This document shows positions 17,519 through 27,562 of a stretch of DNA of 48,902 bases, in pieces. A program made the translations under genes and the position numbers. This DNA is from Deltaproteobacteria bacterium (GTDB taxonomy: Bacteria > Desulfobacterota > Desulfobulbia > Desulfobulbales > S012-135), in assembly GCA_015488275.1 (NCBI GenBank), contig WFOD01000287.1:1-48902 (forward strand), written 5' to 3'. The notes beneath the pieces are model-generated. The model ran no database searches and was not told the origin of the DNA. It was given only the letters and a program-made list of their open reading frames with translations. How positions within the stretch are numbered: the first letter of the stretch is position 1; each line of letters starts with the position of its first letter.

Positions 17519-18682
17519 ATGGAGCGGATTGTTACGGTCGAAGGCGGCGTTCCCCTGAAGTTGTGGCTTGACCGGCTGGACGCGGGGACGATGGAGCAGG
17601 CTGAACATTTGAGCCGGCTGCCCTTTGTCTTTCAGCATGTGGCGATCATGCCTGACGCTCATGTGGGCTACGGCATGCCCATCGGCGGCGTGATGGCCCT
17701 GCGTGATACGGTGATTCCCAATGCCGTGGGCGTGGATATCGGCTGTGGGATGTGCGCTCAGCGCACTTCGTTGTCGCGCCTTTCGCGGGAACAGTTGACG
17801 CGGATTATGACCGAGGTGCGGCGTCGCATTCCTTTGGGCTTCAAGCACCACCGCCGGCCGCAACCCCGCGATCTCATGCCAGCGGCCACGGGCCCCTTGC
17901 GCGTTGTTGAGCAGGAGTATGAGCGGGCCTTGCACCAGCTTGGCACGCTTGGCGGGGGCAACCACTTTATCGAGATCCAGCAGGGATCGGATGGCCGGAT
18001 CTGGCTGATGATCCATTCTGGGAGCCGCAATCTCGGCTACCGCGTGGCCAACTACTACAACAAGGTGGCAGCCAACCTGAATCAGCGCTGGAAAGAGGCG
18101 GCCCCTGCCGCATGGCAACTCGCCCATTTACCGTTGGAGCATGAAGTGGGCCAGGCGTATCTGGCCGAAATGCAGTTCTGCGTTGCGTTCGCTTTGGCAA
18201 ACCGGATGTTGATGATGGAGCGCCTGAAAGAGGCGGTGTTTTCTGTGGTTCCAGGCGTGACCTTTGACACGTTCATCAACATTGCTCATAATTACGCTGC
18301 GGTGGAGGAACATTTCGGCGTGCCGGTGGTGGTGCATCGCAAAGGGGCCACCCGGGCTGAGTCCGGCGAATTGGGCATCATTCCTGGCTCGCAAGGGACA
18401 CCGAGTTATATCGTCCGCGGCCGCGGCAATCCGGAAAGCTTTCGCTCGTGCTCCCACGGCGCTGGCCGTCGGCTGGGCCGTAAACAGGCGCAACGCCAGC
18501 TTTCCCTGGCGGCAGAGAAGAAGCGCCTCGACGCCCAGGGCATTCTTCATGCCATTCGTGGCGTGCGTGATCTGGACGAGGCTGCGGGCGCGTATAAAGA
18601 TATCGGCCGGGTGATCGCCTGTCAGCGCGACTTGGTGGAAGTGGTGGTGGAGTTGCGTCCCCTGGCCGTGATCAAGGGATAA
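17519..18682 (+). CDS. rtcB: RtcB-family RNA ligase
   Basis: MPDAH.GYG.PIGG, GVDIGCG, GTLGGGNHF, HSGSR, HNY, HRKGAT, SHGAGR and DEA..AYK motifs. Confidence 0.95.
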   Translation: MERIVTVEGGVPLKLWLDRLDAGTMEQAEHLSRLPFVFQHVAIMPDAHVGYGMPIGGVMALRDTVIPNAVGVDIGCGMCAQRTSLSRLSREQLTRIMTEVRRRIPLGFKHHRRPQPRDLMPAATGPLRVVEQEYERALHQLGTLGGGNHFIEIQQGSDGRIWLMIHSGSRNLGYRVANYYNKVAANLNQRWKEAAPAAWQLAHLPLEHEVGQAYLAEMQFCVAFALANRMLMMERLKEAVFSVVPGVTFDTFINIAHNYAAVEEHFGVPVVVHRKGATRAESGELGIIPGSQGTPSYIVRGRGNPESFRSCSHGAGRRLGRKQAQRQLSLAAEKKRLDAQGILHAIRGVRDLDEAAGAYKDIGRVIACQRDLVEVVVELRPLAVIKG

Positions 18683-19823
18683 GCGCCTCTGCCAGCGCGG
18701 CCGCTGCTTCCTCTAGCCGCGAAGCGGTATGATGGAGCGTGATGGTGAAACGGAGCCGGGCCGTTCCTGGCGGCACGGTGGGCGGCCGCACGGCGGTCAC
18801 ATAGAAACCGCGTTGACAAAGGGTTTGGGCGGCAGCAACGGCCGCATCGTCCCGGCCGACGATCACGGGAACGATCTGGGACGGGCTGGAGGTCTCGATA
18901 CCGTGCCGCGAGAGGGCCTGTTTAAACCATTGGCTGCGGCCGGCGAGTTCTGAGCGCAGGGAGGGGTCGGCGCGCACCACTTCGATGGCTGCCTGCGAGG
19001 CGGCCGCAGTGGCCGGCGGCAGGGCGGTGGAAAAGATAAAGGTGCGGGCCCGGTTGATGAGCACATCGATGAGCATTGGACCGGCGGCGACAAAGGCGCC
19101 GTAACTTCCTAGCGCCTTGCCAAAGGTGCCCAGCACGAGATCCACCTCGGCCGACAGGCCCATCTCTCTTACCCGCCCTCCTCCTTCAGGACCATAGAGG
19201 CCCACAGCGTGCGCCTCGTCCACCATGAGGAGAAATCCGTAGCGCTTTTTGAGGGCGACGATATCGGCCAATGGGGCGAAGTCGCCGTCCATGGAGTAAA
19301 CCGACTCCACAACGACCAATGCCGGGCGGCCGGAATGTTGGCGGAGGAGCGCCTCCAGGTGGTCGCAGTCGTTATGGCGGAAACGGAGCATCCGGGCCCC
19401 GGCCAGCCGGCAACCGTCGTAAATAGAGGCGTGGTTCAGGCGATCGGTGAGCACCACCCCATGCCGGCCGATCAAGGCGGGGATGATGCCGGTGTTGGCC
19501 AGATAGCCGCTGCCGAACACGAGGGCCCGCTCCTTGGCGACCAGTGCCGCTGCCGCCTGTTCGAGACAGCGGTGCGGCGGCAGGTCGCCGCTCATGAGGC
19601 GAGCCGCTCCCGCGCCGGTTCCATACCGTTCGATGGCGGCTTGCGCGGCGGCCGCCAGCCTGGGGTCATGGGCCAGGGCGAGATAGTCGTTGGAGGCAAA
19701 GTCGTGAAGTTGCCGGCCCTGCTGTTCTGTGACCCGTCCAGGGGCGGGACGATCGATAACGGGCAAACGCCGAAAGCGGCCCGCTGTGCGCAACCCTTTT
19801 AGCCAAGCTGCGAATGACTCCAT
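18672..19823 (-). CDS. bioF: 8-amino-7-oxononanoate synthase
   Basis: FASNDYL, GYLAN, HASIYDG, SMDGD, DEAHA and GTFGKALG (PLP Lys). Start MESF at 19823 overlaps the bioB end. Confidence 0.93.
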   Translation of the reverse strand: MESFAAWLKGLRTAGRFRRLPVIDRPAPGRVTEQQGRQLHDFASNDYLALAHDPRLAAAAQAAIERYGTGAGAARLMSGDLPPHRCLEQAAAALVAKERALVFGSGYLANTGIIPALIGRHGVVLTDRLNHASIYDGCRLAGARMLRFRHNDCDHLEALLRQHSGRPALVVVESVYSMDGDFAPLADIVALKKRYGFLLMVDEAHAVGLYGPEGGGRVREMGLSAEVDLVLGTFGKALGSYGAFVAAGPMLIDVLINRARTFIFSTALPPATAAASQAAIEVVRADPSLRSELAGRSQWFKQALSRHGIETSSPSQIVPVIVGRDDAAVAAAQTLCQRGFYVTAVRPPTVPPGTARLRFTITLHHTASRLEEAAAALAEALIP

Positions 19824-20749
19824 AGTTCTTGCACTGCGGCCACCAAGCGGTGGTCGGCTTCGGGCATGCGGCCGCGTTGGGTGAGATAGCCGCCAATCAT
19901 CATTGCGTCGGCGCCGGCCATGCACGCCATGCCGAGGAGGTCGGTAAGGGCGGTCTCCCGGCCGGCGCAGAGGCGCAGGGGCGTTGAAGGGTTGATGAGC
20001 CGCCACAAAGCGATGGCGCGCAGGATCTCCGTGGCTGTCAGCGGCGGCCGCTTGGCAAGCGGGGTGCCGGGAAGCGGAATGAGGATGTTGAAGGGGACGG
20101 AATCCACCTGTAGTTCCCGTAACGTACAGGCCAGGGATATGCGGTCCTCTTCGCTTTCTCCCAAGCCGATGATGCCGCCGGCGCAAACCTCGAGCCCCGC
20201 ATCCTGGGCTGCGCGAATGGTGGCGATCCGTTCCTCAAAGGTATGGGTGGAGACGATCTGCGGGAAAAACTCCCGGGATGTTTCCAGGTTGTGGTGGTAG
20301 CGGTTGACGCCAGCCTCCTTGAGGATGAGGAGCTGATCGCGGTTCATGATGCCCAGTGAAGCGCACAGGGTGATGTCCACCTCCCGCCGGATGGCGGTGA
20401 ACGCCTCGGCAATGCGCTCCACTTCCCGGTCCGTGGGGCCGCGGCCGCTGGTGACGATGGAAAAGCGATGCGCGCCGATCCGCTTGGCCTCCCGGGCGGC
20501 GGCCACGATCTCCTCCGTTGTTTTGAGGGGGTAGACCGGCGCGTCGGTGGCGAAATGGGCCGACTGCACGCAAAAGGCGCAGTCTTCGCTGCACTTGCCA
20601 GATTTTGCGTTGATGATCGAGCAGAGGGAAAAGCGCCGGCCCCGGTTGTTCAGTTTGGCGGCCAGCGCCTCCTCCATGAGCTTAGGCAGGGGAAGACGGC
20701 GCCAAGCTTCGATGGTGTCGCGGCTGGGAACAGCGTTGTTGGTCGTCAT
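19799..20749 (-). CDS. bioB: Biotin synthase
   Basis: Radical SAM motif CSEDCAFC, YHHNLET, CAGGIIGLGES and GGYLT. Confidence 0.96.
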   Translation of the reverse strand: MTTNNAVPSRDTIEAWRRLPLPKLMEEALAAKLNNRGRRFSLCSIINAKSGKCSEDCAFCVQSAHFATDAPVYPLKTTEEIVAAAREAKRIGAHRFSIVTSGRGPTDREVERIAEAFTAIRREVDITLCASLGIMNRDQLLILKEAGVNRYHHNLETSREFFPQIVSTHTFEERIATIRAAQDAGLEVCAGGIIGLGESEEDRISLACTLRELQVDSVPFNILIPLPGTPLAKRPPLTATEILRAIALWRLINPSTPLRLCAGRETALTDLLGMACMAGADAMMIGGYLTQRGRMPEADHRLVAAVQELWSHSQLG

Positions 20750-20926
20750 GGGGAGGCTCCTTGCAACACATTTTCGTTGTGATGGTTGCCGGACGGCTCG
20801 GCGAAAGAGGCGAGCAGCGTCCGAGTACGGGCAAGCACGGCGGTCAAGCCGCTGCCTTTTGGTTGCCGCGCGGATTTGCGCGACGTGAGCGCATGGACCA
20901 GGAGCAAGCGGCTTTTCCGCCGCCGC

Positions 20927-22282
20927 TCACCGTCGCTTGAGCCCAAAGACCCCCCCCTTGGTCTTGCGGGCAAAGGCCGGCGTCCGTCCGCCGGGCCGGT
21001 ATTTACGGCCGGTTTTGGCCGGTTTTTTTGCTTCTTGCGGTGTGGTGGATTGCTGTTTCTTGCGGCGCGCCTTTTTGGCGGGCAGCGGGATCACCTCGGC
21101 CTTTTGTCCGCCGGCGCCTTCCCGGTAAAGCTGAAAGAACTGGAGCCCTTGCTCAAAGTAGCTCTTGCGCTGGAGTTTTTTCGGCCAAGAGCCGCGGTGG
21201 CTGTGTTTTTCAAAGGTGATCACGTTCACGAGCAGGCCGGTGATCACTTCTTTGTCCATCCGTTTGATGTTGAGCCGGACGAGGAGATCATCGAGCGCGG
21301 CGCGGACCTGCCGGGAATAGGCGAAGAACTCCGCCCCCTTGCGCTCGGTCAAAAGGTCGAGCCGTTTGATGGCGTACGGCAAGAGGATAAGGGCGAGGAG
21401 CATGGGCTCAGGCAGGGATTCCGGCTGTTGCCGGTGAAAACGGTCGATAATTGCTCCGAGACGAAGCAAGAGACGCATGCTCTGCCCATCGGCCGGCAAC
21501 ATGTCGCGATAGCAGGGAAAGAGGCGGTGAAAGACGCCGCTGTCCACGGCGAGGCGCAGCCAACGCTCCACGGTGGTGCCTTTGAGGTCTTTGAAGAGTT
21601 CGTCCCGCAGGCGGGACACAGGGCAAAGATCGAGAAGATGGCACAGCTCCTTGGTGGCCGCCCAGGTTTCCGTTTCTATGGAGAAGTCGTTGCGGGCCGC
21701 ATGGCGGATCACCCGCATGGTGCGCACCGGATCGTGGGTAATGCGCAGCCTGGGGTTGCCTATCAGGCGGATGACGCCGTTGCGCAGATCCTCCATGCCG
21801 CCGGTGTAGTCGATGACCGTAAAGTTTTCGATTTCATAGAACAAGGCGTTGATGGTCAGGTCGCGGCGGAAGGCGTCTTCCGCAGGCGTGCCAAAGGTGT
21901 TGTTGGAAGGGAGCACCGCGGTGTCCTCGGTCTTGTCGTCGTATTCGCTGCGGGTACGGAAGGTGGACACCTCGATGACCTTGCCGCCTTTGAAGAACAC
22001 CTGCACCAACCGGAAGCGGCGGCCGATGATGCGGCTGTTGCGAAAGATCTTGCGGAGTTGGCCAGGGCGGGCATCGGTGCTGATATCAAAGTCTTTGGGC
22101 CTATTGCCCAACAGCAGGTCGCGCACGCCGCCGCCCACCAGGTAGGCGATATGGCCGGCGTCGCGCAGGCGGTACATAACTTTGAGGGCCTCGCGGTCGA
22201 TATCCTTGCGGGAGATCGGGTGTTCGCTGCGTGGAATGATCGTTGGCTCGGGCAGCGGCTCCGATGAGGTGGATGTGTGCAT
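20927..22282 (-). CDS. pcnB: Poly(A) polymerase I
   Basis: VGGGVRDLLLG..PKDFD, the PAP-specific IIGRRFRLV motif, RRDLTINAL and a basic C-terminal tail. Start approximate. Confidence 0.9.
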   Translation of the reverse strand: MHTSTSSEPLPEPTIIPRSEHPISRKDIDREALKVMYRLRDAGHIAYLVGGGVRDLLLGNRPKDFDISTDARPGQLRKIFRNSRIIGRRFRLVQVFFKGGKVIEVSTFRTRSEYDDKTEDTAVLPSNNTFGTPAEDAFRRDLTINALFYEIENFTVIDYTGGMEDLRNGVIRLIGNPRLRITHDPVRTMRVIRHAARNDFSIETETWAATKELCHLLDLCPVSRLRDELFKDLKGTTVERWLRLAVDSGVFHRLFPCYRDMLPADGQSMRLLLRLGAIIDRFHRQQPESLPEPMLLALILLPYAIKRLDLLTERKGAEFFAYSRQVRAALDDLLVRLNIKRMDKEVITGLLVNVITFEKHSHRGSWPKKLQRKSYFEQGLQFFQLYREGAGGQKAEVIPLPAKKARRKKQQSTTPQEAKKPAKTGRKYRPGGRTPAFARKTKGGVFGLKRR

Positions 22283-22378
22283 AAGCGATTTTGCCGTGCG
22301 AAGCGGCGCTGTTTTTTGGTATGGTTGAGGGGTCGTCTGAACCGGCAACTGTAAAGGGGAAGGTCCGTGGAGCCAGCA

Positions 22379-23521
22379 ATGAAGCAAAAAGACGTGGAGA
22401 GAGCCAGCGCGCCTCCCAAGTTTCAGGGACGGGAGTACATTGTGGTCCTTTTCCTGGTCACTTTGCTGCTTTTGGGCCGTCTCCTGTGGCCGTTCCTTTC
22501 CATCCTGGTGCTCGCCTTCTTGCTCGCCGGCATCTTTCAGCCGGTGTACACGTTTTTCCGCCGGTGGCTGTCGCCTAACGTGGCGTCGCTCGTTACCTGC
22601 GTGCTCATCGTGCTGGTGGTGTTCGTGCCGCTCACCTTTTTTGTGGCCTCGTTGTCTTCCGAGGCGTATGGGTTGTACCAGAGCGGGAAAAACGTCAATC
22701 TCGGGGTGAAACTCAAAGAGTTGATGCAGGAGAACGAGCTTCTCGCCCGGATACGCGCTGTGCTCGACGGATACGGCGTGTCGATTGCTCCGGAAGACAT
22801 GAGCGCCTGGATCGCCGACGCCACCCGTTTTGTCGGGCTGTTTCTCTACAATAAGGCGAGTTCCTGGGCCGCCAATATTATGACCTTTCTCCTTGATTTT
22901 TTCATCATGATCTTAACGATCTTTTTTCTGCTCATCGATCACCGGCAACTCCTCGACTATTTGTTGCGGCTCCTGCCCCTTCCCTCTGCCCAGGGGCAGC
23001 GCCTGCTCGACAAGTTTCAGGAGATCGCCGGCGCGGTGCTGATTGGCAACGGCGTGTGCGGCCTGATCCAAGGCACGTTGGGAGGGGTGCTTTTCGCCCT
23101 GTTTGACCTCGGCCCTCCCATCCTCTGGGGAGGGGTGATGGCTATTCTCGCTTTTTTGCCCATCTTTGGCATTGGCTTGGTCCTCATCCCCGTGAGCGTG
23201 ATCATGCTGCTCAAAGGCCGGTTGGGTCTGGCGATTGGCGTATTCGTTTTTTATCTGCTGCTCTCGTTTTCTGTGGAGTACGTGCTCAAGCCGAAAATGG
23301 TCGGCGAGCGGGTACAGATGCATACCTTGCTTGTTTTTCTCGCCATCATGGGCGGGTTGTCTGTTTTCGGCTTTTTGGGCATCATCTACGGCCCGCTCAT
23401 TGTCACCGCCTTCCTGACAATGGCCGAAATGTTCATGATGACTAAAGAGGCAACGGCCTCCAGTGAGGTAGGTGGTGGCGGTGAGTTCGCCTGCGATGAG
23501 GGAGATTGCTGCTCCGGATGA
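22379..23521 (+). CDS. AI-2E family (PerM/YdiK) transporter
   Basis: Multiple TM segments with LKPKMVG and GGLSVFGFLGIIYGPL motifs. Confidence 0.9.
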   Translation: MKQKDVERASAPPKFQGREYIVVLFLVTLLLLGRLLWPFLSILVLAFLLAGIFQPVYTFFRRWLSPNVASLVTCVLIVLVVFVPLTFFVASLSSEAYGLYQSGKNVNLGVKLKELMQENELLARIRAVLDGYGVSIAPEDMSAWIADATRFVGLFLYNKASSWAANIMTFLLDFFIMILTIFFLLIDHRQLLDYLLRLLPLPSAQGQRLLDKFQEIAGAVLIGNGVCGLIQGTLGGVLFALFDLGPPILWGGVMAILAFLPIFGIGLVLIPVSVIMLLKGRLGLAIGVFVFYLLLSFSVEYVLKPKMVGERVQMHTLLVFLAIMGGLSVFGFLGIIYGPLIVTAFLTMAEMFMMTKEATASSEVGGGGEFACDEGDCCSG

Positions 23522-23535
23522 CGGGCAGAAGATAA

Positions 23536-23612
<77 letters not shown>

Positions 23613-23726
23613 ACCCGAGTGGCTGGCGGAACTTCAGGCCAGCATCAGTGTTTCGTTCGTAATTTGATAGCATTAGCATGGAGGCTTGGCGCCGTCAAGC
23701 GAAAAGGGCTTTGCCGGGTAAAACCC

Positions 23727-23755
23727 TTGACGCCTGCTTCACCTTTTGTTATAGT
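23727..23755 (+). promoter_or_regulatory. sigma70 promoter of tRNA-Asn
   Basis: TTGACG-17 nt-TATAGT. Confidence 0.65.
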
Positions 23756-23782
23756 AGGGATCGCCTTTAACGGAATGAGTGC

Positions 23783-23858
23783 TCCTCGGTAGCTCAGTTG
23801 GTAGAGCAGGTGGCTGTTAACCACCCTGTCGCTGGTTCGAGTCCGGCCCGGGGAGCCA
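23783..23858 (+). tRNA. tRNA-Asn(GTT)
   Basis: TCCTCGGTAGCTCAGTTGGTAGAGCA..CTGTTAA..GGTTCGAGTCC..GGAGCCA. Confidence 0.97.
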
Positions 23859-24080
23859 GATTTCAATCCGCCAACTTGAGGCGGTTCTTTAGTTAACGCA
23901 GAACCCCGACGGCTGACCCGCTCGGGGTTTTGTTTTGCCCCGTGTCAACGTTTTGCCTGCCCTCACCCCTCACCCTTTCGTGTTTTTTTGCCGGCCTTGC
24001 CAGGCCCTTTTTGCGGCTATGGCTAGGCGCTGCGGTTTTTCTGTCCGGTGACCGTTGCATAGCCTGCTCTGGAAAGCGTC

Positions 24081-25214
24081 ATGCTCAAAATCATCAGTGT
24101 TGTGGGGGCCCGTCCCAATTTCATGAAGATCGCCCCTATCGTGGCGGTCATGGATCGTTATCCCATGGCGATCGATCATCTTCTCGTCCATACCGGGCAG
24201 CACTACGACGAGAAGATGAGCAGGGCCTTTTTCCATGCTTTGCGCTTGCCCAAGCCGGATATTGATCTGGGCGTGGGCAGTGGCAGCCATGCCGAGCAAA
24301 CGGGCAGGATCATGATCGAGTTCGAAAAGGTCTGTTTGCGGGAGCGGCCGGATCTTGTCCTCGTGGTCGGCGATGTCAACTCCACGATGGCCTGCGCCAT
24401 CACCGCTAAAAAATTAGGGATCAAGGTGGCGCACGTCGAGGCTGGCCTGCGGTCGCGCGACATGGCCATGCCGGAAGAGATCAACAGGCTGTGCACAGAC
24501 GTGCTGTGCGACTTTCTTTTCACCACCGACCGCTTTGCCAATGAAAATTTGCAGAATGAGGGGGTGCCGGCAGACAAGATATTTTTTGTTGGTAACGTGA
24601 TGATCGACACGTTGCTCAGACACAAAGAGGCCGCCAAGAAGCTCTCGCTTCGCCGCGAACTTGGCCTCAAGCCCAAGCAGTACGCCACCCTCACCTTGCA
24701 CCGGCCGTCCAATGTGGATGACAAACAGACCCTTGAGGGCATTCTCCAAGCGCTGACCGCCATCGCCAAGGAACTGCCCATTGTTTTTCCCATGCATCCC
24801 CGCACGAAGAGCAGGGTGGAAGGGTTCGGCCTGGGCGGTTATCTCAACTTTGGCCAAGAGGTTCGCGGTATTTGGTGTACCGAACCGCTGGGCTATTTGG
24901 AACTGCTTCATCTGAACATGGAGGCCCGCATGGTGTTGACCGATAGCGGCGGGCTCCAGGAGGAGGCCACAGTGCTCGGTGTGCCGTGCATCACGTTGCG
25001 CCACAATACAGAGCGGCCGATCACGTGCACGGAAGGGACTAACAGGATCGTGGGCAACGCCCCCCAAAGTATTGTCAGCGCGGCCCGCGCGGTCGCCGTC
25101 CAGCCGCCGCGGAAAGCGCGCATCCCAGAAAAATGGGATGGCCGGGCTGCGGAGCGGATTGTTAGGATCTTGCTGGATAGGCTCGGAAAAGCCTCTTCAT
25201 CCTCCTGCGCTTGA
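24081..25214 (+). CDS. wecB: UDP-N-acetylglucosamine 2-epimerase (non-hydrolysing)
   Basis: GARPNFMK, HTGQHYD, GDVNST, HVEAGLRS, PEEINR, TDSGGLQEE and TERP. Confidence 0.96.
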   Translation: MLKIISVVGARPNFMKIAPIVAVMDRYPMAIDHLLVHTGQHYDEKMSRAFFHALRLPKPDIDLGVGSGSHAEQTGRIMIEFEKVCLRERPDLVLVVGDVNSTMACAITAKKLGIKVAHVEAGLRSRDMAMPEEINRLCTDVLCDFLFTTDRFANENLQNEGVPADKIFFVGNVMIDTLLRHKEAAKKLSLRRELGLKPKQYATLTLHRPSNVDDKQTLEGILQALTAIAKELPIVFPMHPRTKSRVEGFGLGGYLNFGQEVRGIWCTEPLGYLELLHLNMEARMVLTDSGGLQEEATVLGVPCITLRHNTERPITCTEGTNRIVGNAPQSIVSAARAVAVQPPRKARIPEKWDGRAAERIVRILLDRLGKASSSSCA

Positions 25215-25661
25215 AAAGCGCAAAAGGATCCAAAGGCAGCCAGCCGCATACGCGCCTGCGGCCAAGTCGTCGGCCATGATGCCGAGGCCGCCGTGCAGCC
25301 GCGTGTCGAGCCAGCCCACGGGAAAGGGCTTTACGATATCGAACAGCCGGAAAAGGAGAAAGCCTGCCGTCCAGGTGACAAGGCTGGGCTCAAAGGGCGC
25401 CAAGGCGACCAGCATTCCAGCGATCTCGTCGATCACCACGAGCCCAGGATCAGGCCGGTCGAGGATTTTTTCAGCTGCGCCGGCGCTCGCCACGCCCAGG
25501 GCAACGGTTACCGCCAGGGCGATCCCATAGCCGGTTGGGGAGAGACGGCTGAAGAGCCAATGGAGGGGCAAGGCGGCAAGCGATCCCCAGGTGCCCGGCG
25601 CCACCGGCAGGTAGCCAGCGCCAAAGCCCGAGGCGAGAAACAAAAAGGCGCGTGGCGTCAT
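25197..25661 (-). CDS. pgpA: Phosphatidylglycerophosphatase A
   Basis: APGTWGS, DP..VVIDE, FRLFDIVKP and GIMADD. Confidence 0.95.
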   Translation of the reverse strand: MTPRAFLFLASGFGAGYLPVAPGTWGSLAALPLHWLFSRLSPTGYGIALAVTVALGVASAGAAEKILDRPDPGLVVIDEIAGMLVALAPFEPSLVTWTAGFLLFRLFDIVKPFPVGWLDTRLHGGLGIMADDLAAGAYAAGCLWILLRFSSAGG

Positions 25662-26854
25662 GTTTCTTCTTCCTGCATATTCTCACGGTTGGCCGCAAGC
25701 CGTGTCACCTCGTCGTAAATCCGGCGCAGCGGCACGTTGTGACGCCTGGCAAGATGTTGGCACGAGTCGAATTCCGGCCGCCACTCGATACCGTTTGGGG
25801 TCTCCACCTCCTTGACCTCCACTTCCCCCCAGGCGCAGCACACCGTGCGTTTCCGGCGCGGCAGGGTCCACCGCTGCGCGCGACGGCGGCACAGGCCAAT
25901 GGCCGTGGTCTCCCCTAGGATCAGACGGCAAAGATCAGTGGCGCTGGCTGGATCGGCCAAGACCCGTAACAGCCAGCCAGGCCGGCCTTTTTTCATGGTC
26001 GCGGGGAGCCAGGCCACATCCAGTGCCCCTGCCGCCAGGAGCTGTTGGCCGACATGGCCGCAGATCTCGGCCGGGCAGTCGTCAATAGTGGTTTCAATGA
26101 TCTCTACGGTTTGCGCTTCTTTGGTTTCGCTGCGGGCCTCGCCCAGGAGCAGCCGCAGGATATTGGGCCGACCGTCTGGCCGCTGTTGGCTTCCGGCGCC
26201 GCAGCCCCAGCGCGCCAGACGCATGGGGGGAATGGGGCCGAACGCCGCGGCCAGTTGCCGCGCCAGGGCCGCGCCAGTGGGGGTCACCACTTCCATGCGC
26301 ACGCCGCTGTCTTCCACAGGCACGCCGTCGAGCAAGGCGAGCACCGCTGGCGCGGGCAGGGGCAGGGGGCCGTGCGCGCTGCTGATCCAGCCGCGGCCGA
26401 GGGGCAGGGGACTGCACACGACTTTCTCGACACCCAAGTGGTCAAGGCCGGCTATGACGCCGGCAATATCCACCAGGGTATCGACCGCGCCGACTTCGTG
26501 AAAGTGCACTTCGTCGATCCCACACCCATGTACTTGGGACTCGGCTGCGGCCAGCCGATGGAACACAGCGAGCATCTGCTCTTTGATAGTGTTGGCGAAC
26601 GCGGCCCGGCCGATCTGCTCCCTGATCGCCGCTAAGGTGCGCAGTGGTTGGCCGTGCGGGGCCTCGACCACGATGCGGGTGGCGGCCAGAGCGCCCACGT
26701 TGCCCCTGGTGATGGCCAGGCGTACGTGATCGAGCCCGAGCCGGGCGGGAATCTCGCGGACAAAACCGGCCTCCAGGCCGGCATCCACCAGGGCTGCGAG
26801 CAACATGTCGCCAGCTACCCCGGAGCAGCAATCGAGATAGGCGAGCAGGCCCAT
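25658..26854 (-). CDS. larC: Nickel-pincer cofactor biosynthesis protein LarC
   Basis: DC.SG..GDM, AE..VHG, HFHEVG.VD, HG..P.PAPA, TPTGAA, MKKGRP and PEFD.C motifs. Confidence 0.92.
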   Translation of the reverse strand: MGLLAYLDCCSGVAGDMLLAALVDAGLEAGFVREIPARLGLDHVRLAITRGNVGALAATRIVVEAPHGQPLRTLAAIREQIGRAAFANTIKEQMLAVFHRLAAAESQVHGCGIDEVHFHEVGAVDTLVDIAGVIAGLDHLGVEKVVCSPLPLGRGWISSAHGPLPLPAPAVLALLDGVPVEDSGVRMEVVTPTGAALARQLAAAFGPIPPMRLARWGCGAGSQQRPDGRPNILRLLLGEARSETKEAQTVEIIETTIDDCPAEICGHVGQQLLAAGALDVAWLPATMKKGRPGWLLRVLADPASATDLCRLILGETTAIGLCRRRAQRWTLPRRKRTVCCAWGEVEVKEVETPNGIEWRPEFDSCQHLARRHNVPLRRIYDEVTRLAANRENMQEEET

Positions 26855-26857
26855 GCG

Positions 26858-27562
26858 TTAATCCTCCTCCACGTGATAACGGCCGAGGAGACGGCGGCGC
26901 AGCAAGTAGCAGGGCACGAAGATCACGGCGCACAAGAGCAAGAGGAGCCCAAGCTCGGCAAAGTTGCGTTCGTACACCTTGGCGCCGTTCAGGGAGAGGA
27001 GCAGGGTGCCCGGCATCCGGCCTACTGCGGAGATGAACAAAAACACCGGCAGGGGCATCCGGCTCATGCCAAGTATATACGAAAAAATATCCTTGGGCAG
27101 GCCGGGCAAGAGAAAGAAGACAAAGGGCCAAACAAAATCGTTGCGGTGTACCAGGCGGTCGAACTGTTCATAGCCCTTCATCCGCTGCAAGCGGGGGCCA
27201 ATGAGGTCGGCGAAGGAGCGGCCGATGGCAAAGGCGATCCATGATCCCAGGGCCAGGCCGATGGTCGAGTACCAGAAGCCCGGCCACAGGCCGAAGAGAT
27301 AGCCGCCCAGGATGCCGGTGGCCTCTCCTGGCATGGGGGCGAGCAGGATCTGCAGCACCTGCAGGCCGATAAAAACGAGTGGCGCTGCCGCGCCGTAGTC
27401 GAGCACCTTGGCGCGCAGGGTTTCGCCGTTGTCGAGCAAGGCGTCCACCCGCGCCAATAGGCGCACCGTGTCGAGATCGGCGAGCCAAAAGAACGCTGTC
27501 GTCCCGGCAACGACGAAAAGAAGCAGAACAGCAAGACGGATGGCGTGTTTGGCGTTAGGCAA
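26858..27562 (-). CDS. TVP38/TMEM64 (DedA/VTT) membrane protein
   Basis: LQILLAPMPGE, GGYLFG, LPGLPKD..SY..G and GRMPG motifs. Probable TTG start overlapping the fmt stop. Confidence 0.85.
   Translation of the reverse strand: MPNAKHAIRLAVLLLFVVAGTTAFFWLADLDTVRLLARVDALLDNGETLRAKVLDYGAAAPLVFIGLQVLQILLAPMPGEATGILGGYLFGLWPGFWYSTIGLALGSWIAFAIGRSFADLIGPRLQRMKGYEQFDRLVHRNDFVWPFVFFLLPGLPKDIFSYILGMSRMPLPVFLFISAVGRMPGTLLLSLNGAKVYERNFAELGLLLLLCAVIFVPCYLLRRRLLGRYHVEED

Noticed and set aside
20750-20926. BirA operator upstream of bioB
   Set aside because: No convincing TGT(A/C)AACC...GGTT(T/G)ACA inverted repeat; the region looks more like a degenerate repeat.
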